From Haliotis cracherodii (taxonomy: Eukaryota), in assembly GCF_022045235.1 (NCBI RefSeq), contig NW_027266297.1:53258001-53322000 (forward strand): a stretch of DNA of 64,000 bases, given 5' to 3'. A model generated the notes under the pieces. It was given only the letters and a program-made list of their open reading frames with translations, searched no databases and was not told the origin of the DNA. Made by a program: the position numbers and the translations under genes. Shown piece after piece: positions 12,816 through 23,469 of the stretch (position 1 is its first letter; each line of letters starts with the position of its first letter).

Positions 12816-13829
12816 GTTGTCATAAACTTATGATATGTAAATCCCGTCATGCAGAGAACGAATAACCAGAAAACGTACATGTATAAACTTGTATTGGGCC
12901 CACAGTGCGTCGTTCTTTATTTCTCAATATTTGACCTCGGACGACTGGAGTCTGCAGTAGAAATCTGCGTAATTAGAACATTCACCTGCTCCCCTGTGTC
13001 AGTTCACGTCGACAAAAGAATCGTTTAACGGGAAAGTAATTTTAACAATTGTGATGACTATCTTTATGAAGGATCGTTTGGTGGGTATCTGTTGGAGATC
13101 AACACCATCAAGGGAATTTGTCAGTGTCCCCATGTCACTAAAGGTCTTTGTTTTAAAGCCTCATAGCGCGTCCACGACTTAGCATATCACTATTTCCTTA
13201 CATAACAGAGTGTCACGTATACGCAGCCTCTAGTTTCATAATACATGTATGTCATCACCGTGAACTCCCAACATGCGTGTAGAGGATCCATCAACTGCAT
13301 TGATCAGCATAGCGGAAATGAAACTTAATGAGTTTCTGAATAAAATAATCAATATACGGCAAATACTGACGACAGTAATGAAAAAAGATAGATTTCCTCG
13401 GATTTGGGATACTATAAGTCAAATCCTGTAGGCAAGTTATCGATCGCCTGGGTATGTATCAATTCATTACAGGTTCAGTCAAAGCTCTTAAATGAAATAA
13501 AATTCACCTTATACGTTTGAAATTAATCTTATCATATAACTTCTGACATTCCTTTTGAATACCACAAATTGTGGGAGCCTATTATAAACGATAATCATCT
13601 TAGTAGATGATACTTAATTAAAGCAGGGGTTATATAAACTGACCCGGAACTATTGTCAATTTATGAAAGCATTCTAAAACGCAATATCATCTACGTATAT
13701 GATACTTATGCCTACATGATACTTCCATGTACATATAGGATATTATTATCTACACAGAAGAAAGGATGATCAACCATCGAATTATAGACTTCGGTAACAA
13801 TATTTTCGCGAGTAATTGACTATAGTTCC

Positions 13830-13910
13830 GGGTCCTTGTTTTAGCCCCTCAATGCCGAGCGCCAGACCGGGTAACAATAAGTACCATCTTTTAACGTCTT
13901 TTGGTATGCC
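13830..13910 (-). mobile_element. SINE family D fragment (Meta/MESC-like central domain)
   Basis: Reverse complement matches 20010-20070 (aaaagatggtactt...ggcgctcggcatt.aggggcta.aacaagga). Confidence 0.7.
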
Positions 13911-13959
13911 GCGCATCGCAATGGAATGTCTATCTTACATTGGATTTTGTTATAGCCAT

Positions 13960-14106
13960 NNNNNNNNNNNNNNNNNNNNNNNNNNNNNNNNNNNNNNNNN
14001 NNNNNNNNNNNNNNNNNNNNNNNNNNNNNNNNNNNNNNNNNNNNNNNNNNNNNNNNNNNNNNNNNNNNNNNNNNNNNNNNNNNNNNNNNNNNNNNNNNNN
14101 NNNNNN
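13960..14106. other. Assembly gap
   Basis: Run of N. Confidence 0.99.
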
Positions 14107-14349
14107 GGATAGTAACAGTACATCTTTGTACGTCTTTTCGCATCTGCCGCTCTCCTGGCACATTCACTAGACCACGGGGGCGGTACTTTAAATCTTTGAA
14201 TGTTTTGTGAAATTTGAATTTGAACGATGCGAACACTCTAACATCAAGAATCCCGGTGCTTAGAAATCTAGCAATAAAACTTTGTGAACATGATAATAGT
14301 TATAAGAAGATCTCGATTTGTGGAAATTTGAATTCTAAATACTTATACT

Positions 14350-14475
14350 GAGTTGGGTTTAACGCCGCTTTCAACGGTGTTCCATTTATTTACGGCATGT
14401 CAGTTTAATGTAGGGGGAACGTCGGAAGTGCACAGCGAATTGCGGCGCATCAGACGACTAGGATAGACGTGCCCG
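14350..14475 (-). mobile_element. SINE family A, internally deleted
   Basis: Keeps the tail (gagttgggtttaacgccgc) and head (gcacagcgaat...agacgactagg) only. Confidence 0.6.
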
Positions 14476-14539
14476 TAAATACGTTTTATTAAAAGTGACT
14501 TACATTAAATTCATATGATCATAAACAAAATATTTATTT

Positions 14540-14830
14540 GGACTAAATGGTGTAAGATTCTCTCGGAACAAGCTAATAAGCCCTTTCCCTGTAAGATCTA
14601 TAATGAGGAAGTTTGAACTGCCCATAAATAATTCATTTGAAATATTTGATAGGAAAATAGCCCCTATTTTAAAGTATGGAAGCGAGATATAGGGCTTTGT
14701 TTACAGAGAAAGTATGGAATGTATCTGTAGGAAAGTCTGTAAATTCCAATTAGGTGTGGGGTATAGCTTTTCGAATGCGGCCACCTATGGGGAGTGTGGG
14801 AGACTTTCGTTAAGTTCTAATTATTATTGT
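14540..14830 (+). mobile_element. Non-LTR retrotransposon ORF2 relic
   Basis: Translates FEIFDRKIAPILKYGSEI*GF...CKFQLGV...NAATYGECGRL, the PILxYGSEIWG...YGELGR region that follows the RT domain in LINEs. Confidence 0.75.
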
Positions 14831-16273
14831 TAAACTGCAAATGTTACATTAAAGTCAAAATATCAAATCTTGAAAATGAACAAGAGAATATACGGAAGTA
14901 GTTCCCATGCAACGTTCCATACAAAGTTTCAGAGCGAAGGACGTCTTTTGAGAGAGTTTTACAGCATATTCGAGGGTATCAAAGGGAGAAGGTAAGTACA
15001 TATATATTATCGAAAAATAACATGTGTTGAGCCCCGGCACTACTAACTTCGAACCTTTTGAAAAATGTCATGATCAGGTGTCATTATTGTTTTGAGAAGC
15101 AGTGTGAAGTTTGAGCTTCATTGTTCCGGTGGTTTCTGAAGAGAGGATGTTCACAAAACCTGGGATGCTTTTTTAGAGAAATAACAGCATGGTCAAGGTG
15201 CAAAGGTTAAATATAGGTCAAACTTAAAGGTCGAAAAAGAAACCCAGATTAGTATGTTGAGTAACACCACCAACTAAACACACAACGGATATCATTACTT
15301 TTGAAAAACATGGTAAGGGTTATATAGCTGACGAGGCGAATTTCGAATGTTTTGTAAGCACATTACACAAAACACATGTAGCGACAAGTTGTTTGTCGTT
15401 TGCAGTTTTAGGAGAAAGACCCTTCTTTAAAGCTGCATAGTCCGTATCATTTCAGAATTTCACAATCTCCAAAATCTAGTATATTTAAATGTTATTGACT
15501 CTCACGTCAGCACAATATATTTGGACGTTTATTATCATATAAACAAAATGCAGGTAGAGACATATCGCGTGACTGCATTTTACTGGAGCATGTAAAATGG
15601 AAATGATATTAACATTTGTCACGAACACGGCCCATGCCTTTTTACATTTTTCAATACTAATTCAAAAGAATTCACTTATTCTTTTAAAGGTCCTCTTCAT
15701 TCATTATACGACTTTTCATACATTATGTAGAAAACAATGGTCGTTATCTTGATCTATTAAAGAAATAGCACCATTGTTCATGAAAATCAATCAAACGATC
15801 ATAAAATGCACGCATAATATTATTGCCACGTAACTGAAATTCAGGCTGTAAAGTTTACGGATCAAGAAACAGATTACAAATGGAAATACAAACACATCTT
15901 GTTATTATATTGCAAAATTTATCCAGTATTTTCCGTAAAATGATACGATCATAAATTTCATGAACTGTTTCCTTTTGAGAACATTCAGTTTCCTTTAACA
16001 TATGAGTTAATAGCCAATGTTTTTTTATAGCAGGCACAGTTGGAGAAGAAGGAATGTGTCCTATATACATTTATGAATATGAGTTGTGTGGTATATGTAT
16101 CAGTGAATAGATAGAAGAAAAGAAGCATAACAAGTTTAAACATTGAATGTGTTTATGGATGTAAGATTATTCAACATATTCAGGCAATGTGTCGCCATAG
16201 TGGTAGTGTCTGTTTTTGTGTTCATCATTGTGTTCCCATTAATTGGGTTACTATCCTTTTCAACAGGGGAAAC

Positions 16274-17765
16274 ATGGACCTAATTTGGATTATGTACGTC
16301 TGTCTAACTCTTGTTCTTGCTCAAGGTGACAAAGTGACCGGAATGAAAGGTACGTAAGCATTTAACGCATGTCACTATACTTCAAATACACTTAAAAATA
16401 TTCATGTCTGCACGATTTCCTTTCAATGCTTTGACGAAGACATACACCAGTCACATTTTAATATTGCTTTGGTGGGTTGGGACGTCCAAGTGCCTTTTAG
16501 ACAGAGGCGAACTTATTCGGGGTCCTCCCGTCCTCCATGCGGCGGACGTGGCCGAGCCAGCGAAGACGGCGCTAGTGAAAGGCGTTGAAAATATTTTCTT
16601 GTCTGGAGAAGAGGGTCCAAAACTCGCTGTCGTACAGCAATTCGCTGACGTCACACATTCTCTTCGTCAATTTTGTGAGGACGGAAGACGCTTTGCCGAC
16701 CCGCCTGTTGATCTGAGCATCCACGGGCAGATTGTGTGCGACGGGGGAGCCGAGGTAGGTGAACTTATATTCAGTTGTGCCTTGACATAAATGTTCTGGC
16801 TTGGTATATTTCAGAACCCGAACCCGAACGTTCTTGCACAGCAGAGATACTCGCTGCTTTTTTGGGGTCAGTTGGAATGTTCATTCTACTTGCAGGAGCT
16901 GCAGTGGTCATGTATAGGTAAGTCAGGCCAGTGCACATTAACACTGGATGAAGAGATATACTTAAATGATGTAATTCAATTTTAATATCAATCCCATGAC
17001 TACCTGCAGTAACGCTCCTTTGCATATCAATTATGATGAAATTAAATGTATGAATATATGACTGTACTTGCATGTGTCGAAGCATGTGTGTGTAGTTGTG
17101 TATGTGTGCGCGCGTATACGCTTTACTTATCTTCCAATTATGATAAACATTGTTGTTCCCACAGGAATCGACTACTTACTTCCTTTGGGAAAAGGAGAAA
17201 AAAGGGATTAGATACACTGTTCGACGACACTTCCTCTCCTATGCGACCTCCGTCAAGGGCCCATCGCGAATCCATGTTAAATGGCTATGCTGACGTAATG
17301 AGCATCGACACTGCCTGTCACTATCGTCGTGTCAGCAGAAGTCTTGGCAGTATCAATTTTAGAACGTTCAGAGCGAGCACCGTGAAGGGTTCTACTCTGT
17401 ACAATACTAAAAGAAGTAAAATGAGCACAAACGCCGCAGTGGACATTACCATATCAGTGGAGCCCCCACAATTTAAAATATACGATCAGCAATCGTATTG
17501 GTTGGGCACGGAGACGGACTTTGAAGACGTGTACAAAAGTTCCCCAAAGAAAAGGGCAACTCTTCGCAGATACTATGCAGGTCTTCGGGAGGAAGCCGCC
17601 ATGTACCCCGACACCCGTACAGATAAAGATGAAGAGGATACAGCATCGGAGGAACCACGGGGAGCCACTGGGACGCAGACACATTGTGCATCAAGGGATG
17701 TACGAAGCAAATTTCTTTACATCTCCCCTGTGTTTAACGAAAAAAAAGCAGAATCAAAGACATGA
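16274..17765 (+). CDS. R3: ectodomain-less transmembrane paralog of R2, putative signalling adaptor (259 aa)
   Basis: Exons 16274-16349 (MDLIWIMYVCLTLVLAQGDKVTGMK, donor gtacgt), 16815-16917 (EPEPERSCTAEILAAFLGSVGMFILLAGAAVVMYR) and 17165-17765 (tail homologous to R2: KKGLDTLFxDT, GSINxRT, WLGxxTDF, YISxVFNE). Total 780 nt with no stop or frameshift, and no EGF exon in intron 1. Confidence 0.85.
16460..16770 (-). mobile_element. RTE-clade LINE relic in intron 1 of R3
   Basis: Minus strand reads KFTYLGSPVAHNLPVDAQINRRVGKASSVLTKL and RLRWLGHVRRMEDGRTP, both RTE ORF2 signatures; internally deleted. Confidence 0.85.
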
Positions 17766-18429
17766 AAACATTTCATTGATGATATCGGTAAATCAGGACA
17801 AAGTGTCGGCAGTCACTGAGTTTGAATATCTACATCTGTAAGTGTCAGAAAATCTTAACTATCAACTTATTGTGCATATACCTGGTGACTGGAAACATAC
17901 GTTACTGCCAAAATGACGAATTGTACTCTTTACGTCATCAAAGACCAAGACAACATGTGCGATCTGTTTCGATATCAAGTATGGTATGGACTGTAATAAT
18001 CTATTAGTGATCGTGGCACGCATGTGGTGTGATGTTATTGATTAGCGTAGTGCGTCGCCGTTCTAATATCACAGGCTAGAGAGAAATGACTCTTTTGCTA
18101 TCTCTTTAATGTCAGTATAGCACCCCCTCGTTAGTCTCCGAGTTATCTCAGAGAAAGTCAACCTTAACCTCTAAGTTTTTCATACATGTTTTCTCATGCG
18201 AACTACCAACTGTATGGAGCTATATTCTTAAAATGAGTATTTAGGATTATTGTATTAAATAAACTGTTCGTGTAAATACATATTCAGCTTACATAAAATG
18301 TTCTATTATTAATTATGTAACAAAGAACATATTTGTAAATAATTTATTCTATGGATTATACGATGAGCTAACATGTACAAGCCTCAGTGTATACATTAAA
18401 GTTTAGTAATTTATAGATATTGCACTTAT

Positions 18430-18560
18430 GTTGCGACGTGCATGTACATGTAATTACATGTATGTACGTGTGTCTGTCTGTGTGTGCGTGTGTGTGTATG
18501 TGTGTGCATGCGTGCGTGTGTGCGTGCATACCGGTGTGCGTGCGTTCGTACGCGCATGTG
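18430..18560. repeat. Degenerate (GT/GC)n microsatellite
   Basis: Alternating purine-pyrimidine run (tgtgtgcgtg...). Confidence 0.8.
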
Positions 18561-18644
18561 GCATCTTGAGATACCATGCCTCAGTTTAACATGGATACCC
18601 AACTCAGACACAGTATTCTGACTCCGCGGTGAGCTCAAGTAATT

Positions 18645-18898
18645 TAGAGTTGCCCAGTCGTCTAAGGCGCCGCGATTCGCTGTGCAGAGTTGTGTCCCTT
18701 GGTTCGAATCCCGGCTCGCCCCGATTATGTTTCTAGGTTTGTCAGCACCATACCCGTGCTTGTGGGCTTCCCCGAAGTGGTAAACGTCTGAGACCTGCAT
18801 CACTTCGGGCTTTCCTCCCACATTAAGCTGACACGCCGCGATATATATGGAATACTGTTCAAAGCGGCTCTAAACCCAACTCACTCACTCACCCACTC
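18645..18898 (+). mobile_element. tRNA-derived SINE family A
   Basis: A-box-like GTTGCCCAGTCGT, B box GGTTCGAATCC and (ACTC)n tail; about ten related copies occur in the window. Confidence 0.88.
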
Positions 18899-19579
18899 AA
18901 GTACTTGGTGTGATCATGACGAAACCAAGGAACTTCCGCGCTCCGGGCAGGCGGTATGGCTACTAAAGCACGAAGGCGGCGCTCTATACAATACATGAGC
19001 TAAATGTGTATTCTGTAATTGTCCTGACTTTACTTTGGTGTGTCCTGTTGAAGAGGAATATAGACATCGGTTTGTAAGCCAGGTTTTGATTATCATGGGT
19101 TCGAAATTCAAGATACTCTCTGATAATCTAAATCTTGGTTTCTAAGCACCATTCCGTGCTTACGGGTCTCACCAGTAGTGATCAGCGTCTACTCACTGTC
19201 ATCGCATATTGCATGCAGCTATTCATACATAATCCCTCTCCCTCGCTCTTTCGTAGAAAGCATCCTGCTGCATATATGCTCTTAAAATACCTTTCATCAC
19301 TGTACTCACTATCAACACTGGAAGGAATTACTTGAACGGGTGGTCAGGCTCAGTGACTTACTTAATTGCGTACCACCGTACCCTGACGGCGATTGTCAGA
19401 ATGGAGTATTGACAGATAGACGTCAAATAACTGGAATATTGCTGAATGCGGCCTTAAACCATTAGTGGAGACTTAGACTGGTTTAAACCGGTGTTACATC
19501 ATGTAAATTCGTCTAACAGTATATTTTATAGCTTTATAAGTTTATTATGTTAACATTTTTCTTCATTGGACTCTGACCC

Positions 19580-19635
19580 GCCGTGATATTGCTGGAATAT
19601 TGCTAAAAGCGGCGTAAAACCATACTCACTCACTC
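19580..19635 (+). mobile_element. SINE family B 3' fragment with TSD
   Basis: Family B tail flanked by TCATTGGACTCTGACCC at 19563-19579 and 19634-19650. Confidence 0.8.
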
Positions 19636-19645
19636 ATTGGACTCT

Positions 19646-19914
19646 GACCCGTGAAGATCCGGGGTAGAATAGGTCTTCAGCAACCCATGCATGACGTAAA
19701 AGACAACTATGCTTGTTGTAAGAGGCGACTAACGGGATCGCGTGGCCAGGCTTGCTGACTTGGTTGATGCATGTCATCGATCCCAATTGCGTGGATCACG
19801 CGATGCTCGTGATGTCAATCCCTGGATTGTCGGGTCCAGACTCGGTTATGTACAGACCGCCGTCATATAGCTGAAATATTGCTGAGTGCGGCGTTAAGCC
19901 AAAGGAAACAAAAC
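19646..19914 (+). mobile_element. SINE-like family C
   Basis: GACCCGTGAAGATCC...ctgaaatattgctgagtgcggcgttaa; related copies at 23560, 35313, 38830 and 49620. Confidence 0.85.
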
Positions 19915-19924
19915 ATCAAAGGAC

Positions 19925-20250
19925 TTGACCGCCTCCGCGGTCTAGTCGTAGAGCGTCCGCCCGGAGAGCGGAAGGTCCGGGGTTAGATTCTCGGCCGATA
20001 CGTACTAAAAAACGTTAAAAGATGGTACTTGCCTGTCCGGCGCTCGGCATTAAGGGGCTAGAACAAGGACTGGTCGACTAGGAGTCGGTCTTCTGTGTCT
20101 GAGTATTCATGTTAAACTGCGGCATGGTATAAAAGTAGCATTAGTCCGGACTAATACAAGCAGCCACACAAACATACACACATGTGCATGCACGTCGCGA
20201 TACAAGTGCAATAATTTTGGACGCGACGATAAACCTCATTTCACCTCTCC
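19925..20250 (+). mobile_element. tRNA-derived SINE family D (Meta/MESC-like domain)
   Basis: tRNA-like head (GGTCTAGTCGTAGAGCGTCCGCCC...GGTTAGATTC), central domain shared with 13830 and 32660, and a CA-rich segment. Confidence 0.75.
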
Positions 20251-20579
20251 TCACTTTCATAGGACTCTGGTTTCAATACGACATGCTTATACGCACATAA
20301 TACAAGTATGTCCTCCAAAACAGGCAGAATTTATTAAATGATCTAACTTAACGAAACCTATTGTAAAAACGCTACGCTATTTCTTACTGGTAAACATGCC
20401 ACTTTTTAAGTTCCTTGACGCTGATTTGTTAATAATCGCATAACAGGCGTACAACATTGTAAATCTGAATGTTTTGAAAATACTTTAATGCACTTTTTCA
20501 CATACGTCCAACTTTTCTATTATTGTTTTCGTAGGTTCTAATTTAAGGTGTCTTTCTGTAGGTCAATTATTCGGGTATA

Positions 20580-21981
20580 TATGCTGAACAACAAAAGTTC
20601 CTGTGACATTGAATAAGATTTAATGCAAAGTCATGTGTTTTACCAAATCTGAAACAATTACGGTTTGCAACAGATGAAAGACTCCTGTAAGTGTTCAAAT
20701 GGTTTAATTTGCCATACTGACTTCAGAAAATGCGTGATTTCATAAAAACATGAATATGCCAAAATATCAATTTACAAATCAATAGCGTGTGTGTCCACCT
20801 CATGGAACGGACCAGGCGTCGCACAAAGTCCTGTGGGATATCTGTCCATACTTGCTGGAGCATGTTTCGAAGTTCATGGAGTGTCTGTGGAACACGTGGT
20901 TTACGTCGGAGGCGCCGAACAATCTTATCCCACATGTGCTCGACTGGTGAGAGATCGGGGGAGCGAGCCGGCCAGGGGATGACATTCACGTTGTTTTGTT
21001 GACGAGAATCCTGAACAAGTCGAGCAATATGAGGCCGGGCGTTGTCATGTTGAAAGGTAATGCCTTGGCCACGACGACGCAAAAGCGGTAAAAACAGGGC
21101 CGATGATCTCGTCGCGGTAGCGCTGTCCATTGAGATTTCCCTCTACCACTATCAAACGGGTCCTCTGTCTTGCTGTAATCCCACCCGATACCATAACGCT
21201 GCCGCCCCCGAACCGATCTTCTTCAATGACACAATGATTGACGTAACGTTCATGTCGACGTCCATCGCTGTGGCTGAGGTGAAAACGAGACTGGCCAGTG
21301 AATGGAACTTGTCCCCACTGCATAGACGTGCTTGACGGGGGTTTCCTGTCAAAATGAGACGTCTGGCGGGTCTTCTGGCGACAATCCCTGCACATCTGAG
21401 GCGGCGACGTACGGTTTGTGAAGATATTCGTCGAAAGCCAGGGATACTTCTTGCAGTCACTGTTGCTGGCTGGAATCGATTTCGTAGGTGTGTTGTTCGA
21501 ATCCAGTTGTCTTGGTTACGCGTGGCCTGCCACTCCGAGGATCGTCTCTGACTGCATTCGTCTGTTGCCAACGTTGCCATAAACACCAAGTGGTGTTTCT
21601 GTGGACGTCAAATTGTCTTGCAACATCACGTTGACAAGATCCTGCTTCAAGCATACCAATGGCTCACAGACGCTCATTTACGGATAGGTGTGGCATTTCG
21701 TAATGTTGAATAATTGCGTAATATTGTTGTTTTTCTGAGTGGCTGTTTTCAGCACGATGCTAAACAATGCATATTGAATCCCGTAAACGCACATGTTTTT
21801 TATACCCATTCTTAGGTTGTGAAATGCATGGGGCTTGCATAAAAATCAACTCTTTTCTGTATCAGTTCCGTTTTTTGTGTCTTGATTCCATACATGTACT
21901 ACAATAATGAAAACCAAACTTTACTTGTTTGAAAAATGCACTAAAATATTGGTGTCACAGGAACTTTTATTGTTGAGTGTA
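20580..21981 (-). mobile_element. Tc1-family DNA transposon, defective copy 1
   Basis: Imperfect ~28-bp TIRs (TATGCTGAACAACAAAAGTTCCTGTGAC at the left end, inverse at 21954-21981). The transposase is split over several ORFs: RDVARQFDVH, GGGSVMV, FQHDNARPH, WPARSPDLSPVEHMWD. Confidence 0.93.
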
Positions 21982-23469
21982 TGTATTCTGTATTTGAACA
22001 ATGAGGACAATGATTAATGGCAGTGTATGTCCTGTTCCCAACAGCAGGATCAACTTTAGTACAGAATATCCCTGCATGCGCCTCATGCTATTCCAACTCA
22101 GGCACCTCCACACATGGAAACACTTCTATACTATGCCGGTGTTGTGCAATACATACCATGAAAAAACAAATATAGAGCCCGGCTTACTCATATCAAACAC
22201 ATGTACAAACACAAGATAATTTCAAAACAGTCAATTAATCAACACCTTAGCAATGATAACAATAACATCAATAATATTACTAAAAAAATAATACACTTCA
22301 GGACAAAAGAAAGTATACACTCATGTTTGATGGTGGCTTAAACTAAGACAAATAATAAATGGTTATTCGATGGTGATATTATTGATAAGTTTGCAGTATT
22401 TCGGCGACTGTTTTCATCCCAGTAATCTTTGGATGACATTCGTCATGTAATGCCCCGAATCCACCCACCGATTCATGCACTCAGAGCTACCTTATTATTT
22501 CCCTGGTAAAACACAGCTGGGGAGAAAACCACACAAGCTGCCTGAGGAGGTGCTAGAAGGTTTAAATCCAGATAACCATCTCATCCTACTGGGTAACCCT
22601 TCATTGCTTGGTGGATTGAGTGAACCAAGTCACTTAACTTACTTAGTGTGGGGCGTGACCGAAGCCTCATAAACCATCAGGAGTCCAGCTTGTCGAACAC
22701 GGCCACCACAACTCTACATCTCCACAACCAACGTTGCCTGATTTGCAACCTGTGCGCTGTCCACAGGACCCCATGCCACGTCCGTATATACGTTGTATAT
22801 ACACACGATTTACCATTTATTACTGTCCTATGACATTCAATGTTTCATGATGTTCACGGGCATTAACTGTTTGGGTAATATATCACCGGTTTCTCCCCTG
22901 AAAGATAACATACGTACATGGTCCTTGACATGACAAATTATGCAGGTCATATTCAGGCACTTTTACACGCGTTTTTACCTAAAACAGATTTTCTTAGTGC
23001 AGGTTAGTGCAGGTTATGTCAGCCTTTACATTTCAAACGCACAGAGTCACGACAATGAATACTGAGACATGGTGGTAGATATGCATACATGTATATATAT
23101 AACCTCTGCTCAGAAAACTGATCTAATTTTATACATGACTACATTCAATAGCTAGCAATGGCCGACACCAAGCCGATAACACCTGGACGTTAGACAACAC
23201 CTCCCGGCCTGTAAGTTTACAGTAGACAACTTGCTTTGTATCACACATTTCATACGGTATTTATTGTATCAACATAATGTATCCCCATAACCATCATCAT
23301 CATGAAAGTCAGGCTTGACTTGTATGGTGTCTGTATCTCCCCTTTCGGCACATGTCACAACAAGTAACATGCATACTATCGGCAACAAGTAAATGTCCCT
23401 GTGTGTTCTTAACGGTTAAGTTATTTTTTTATTTGTATTCCAAAGTACTTATTCTTATTTTCAGATGCC

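Noticed and set aside
12301-14236. ORFs containing X runs
   Set aside because: They are open only because they cross N gaps.
16404-16790. 128-aa ORF as an R3 ectodomain exon
   Set aside because: It is the antisense of an RTE LINE relic, with no EGF pattern and no convincing splice sites.
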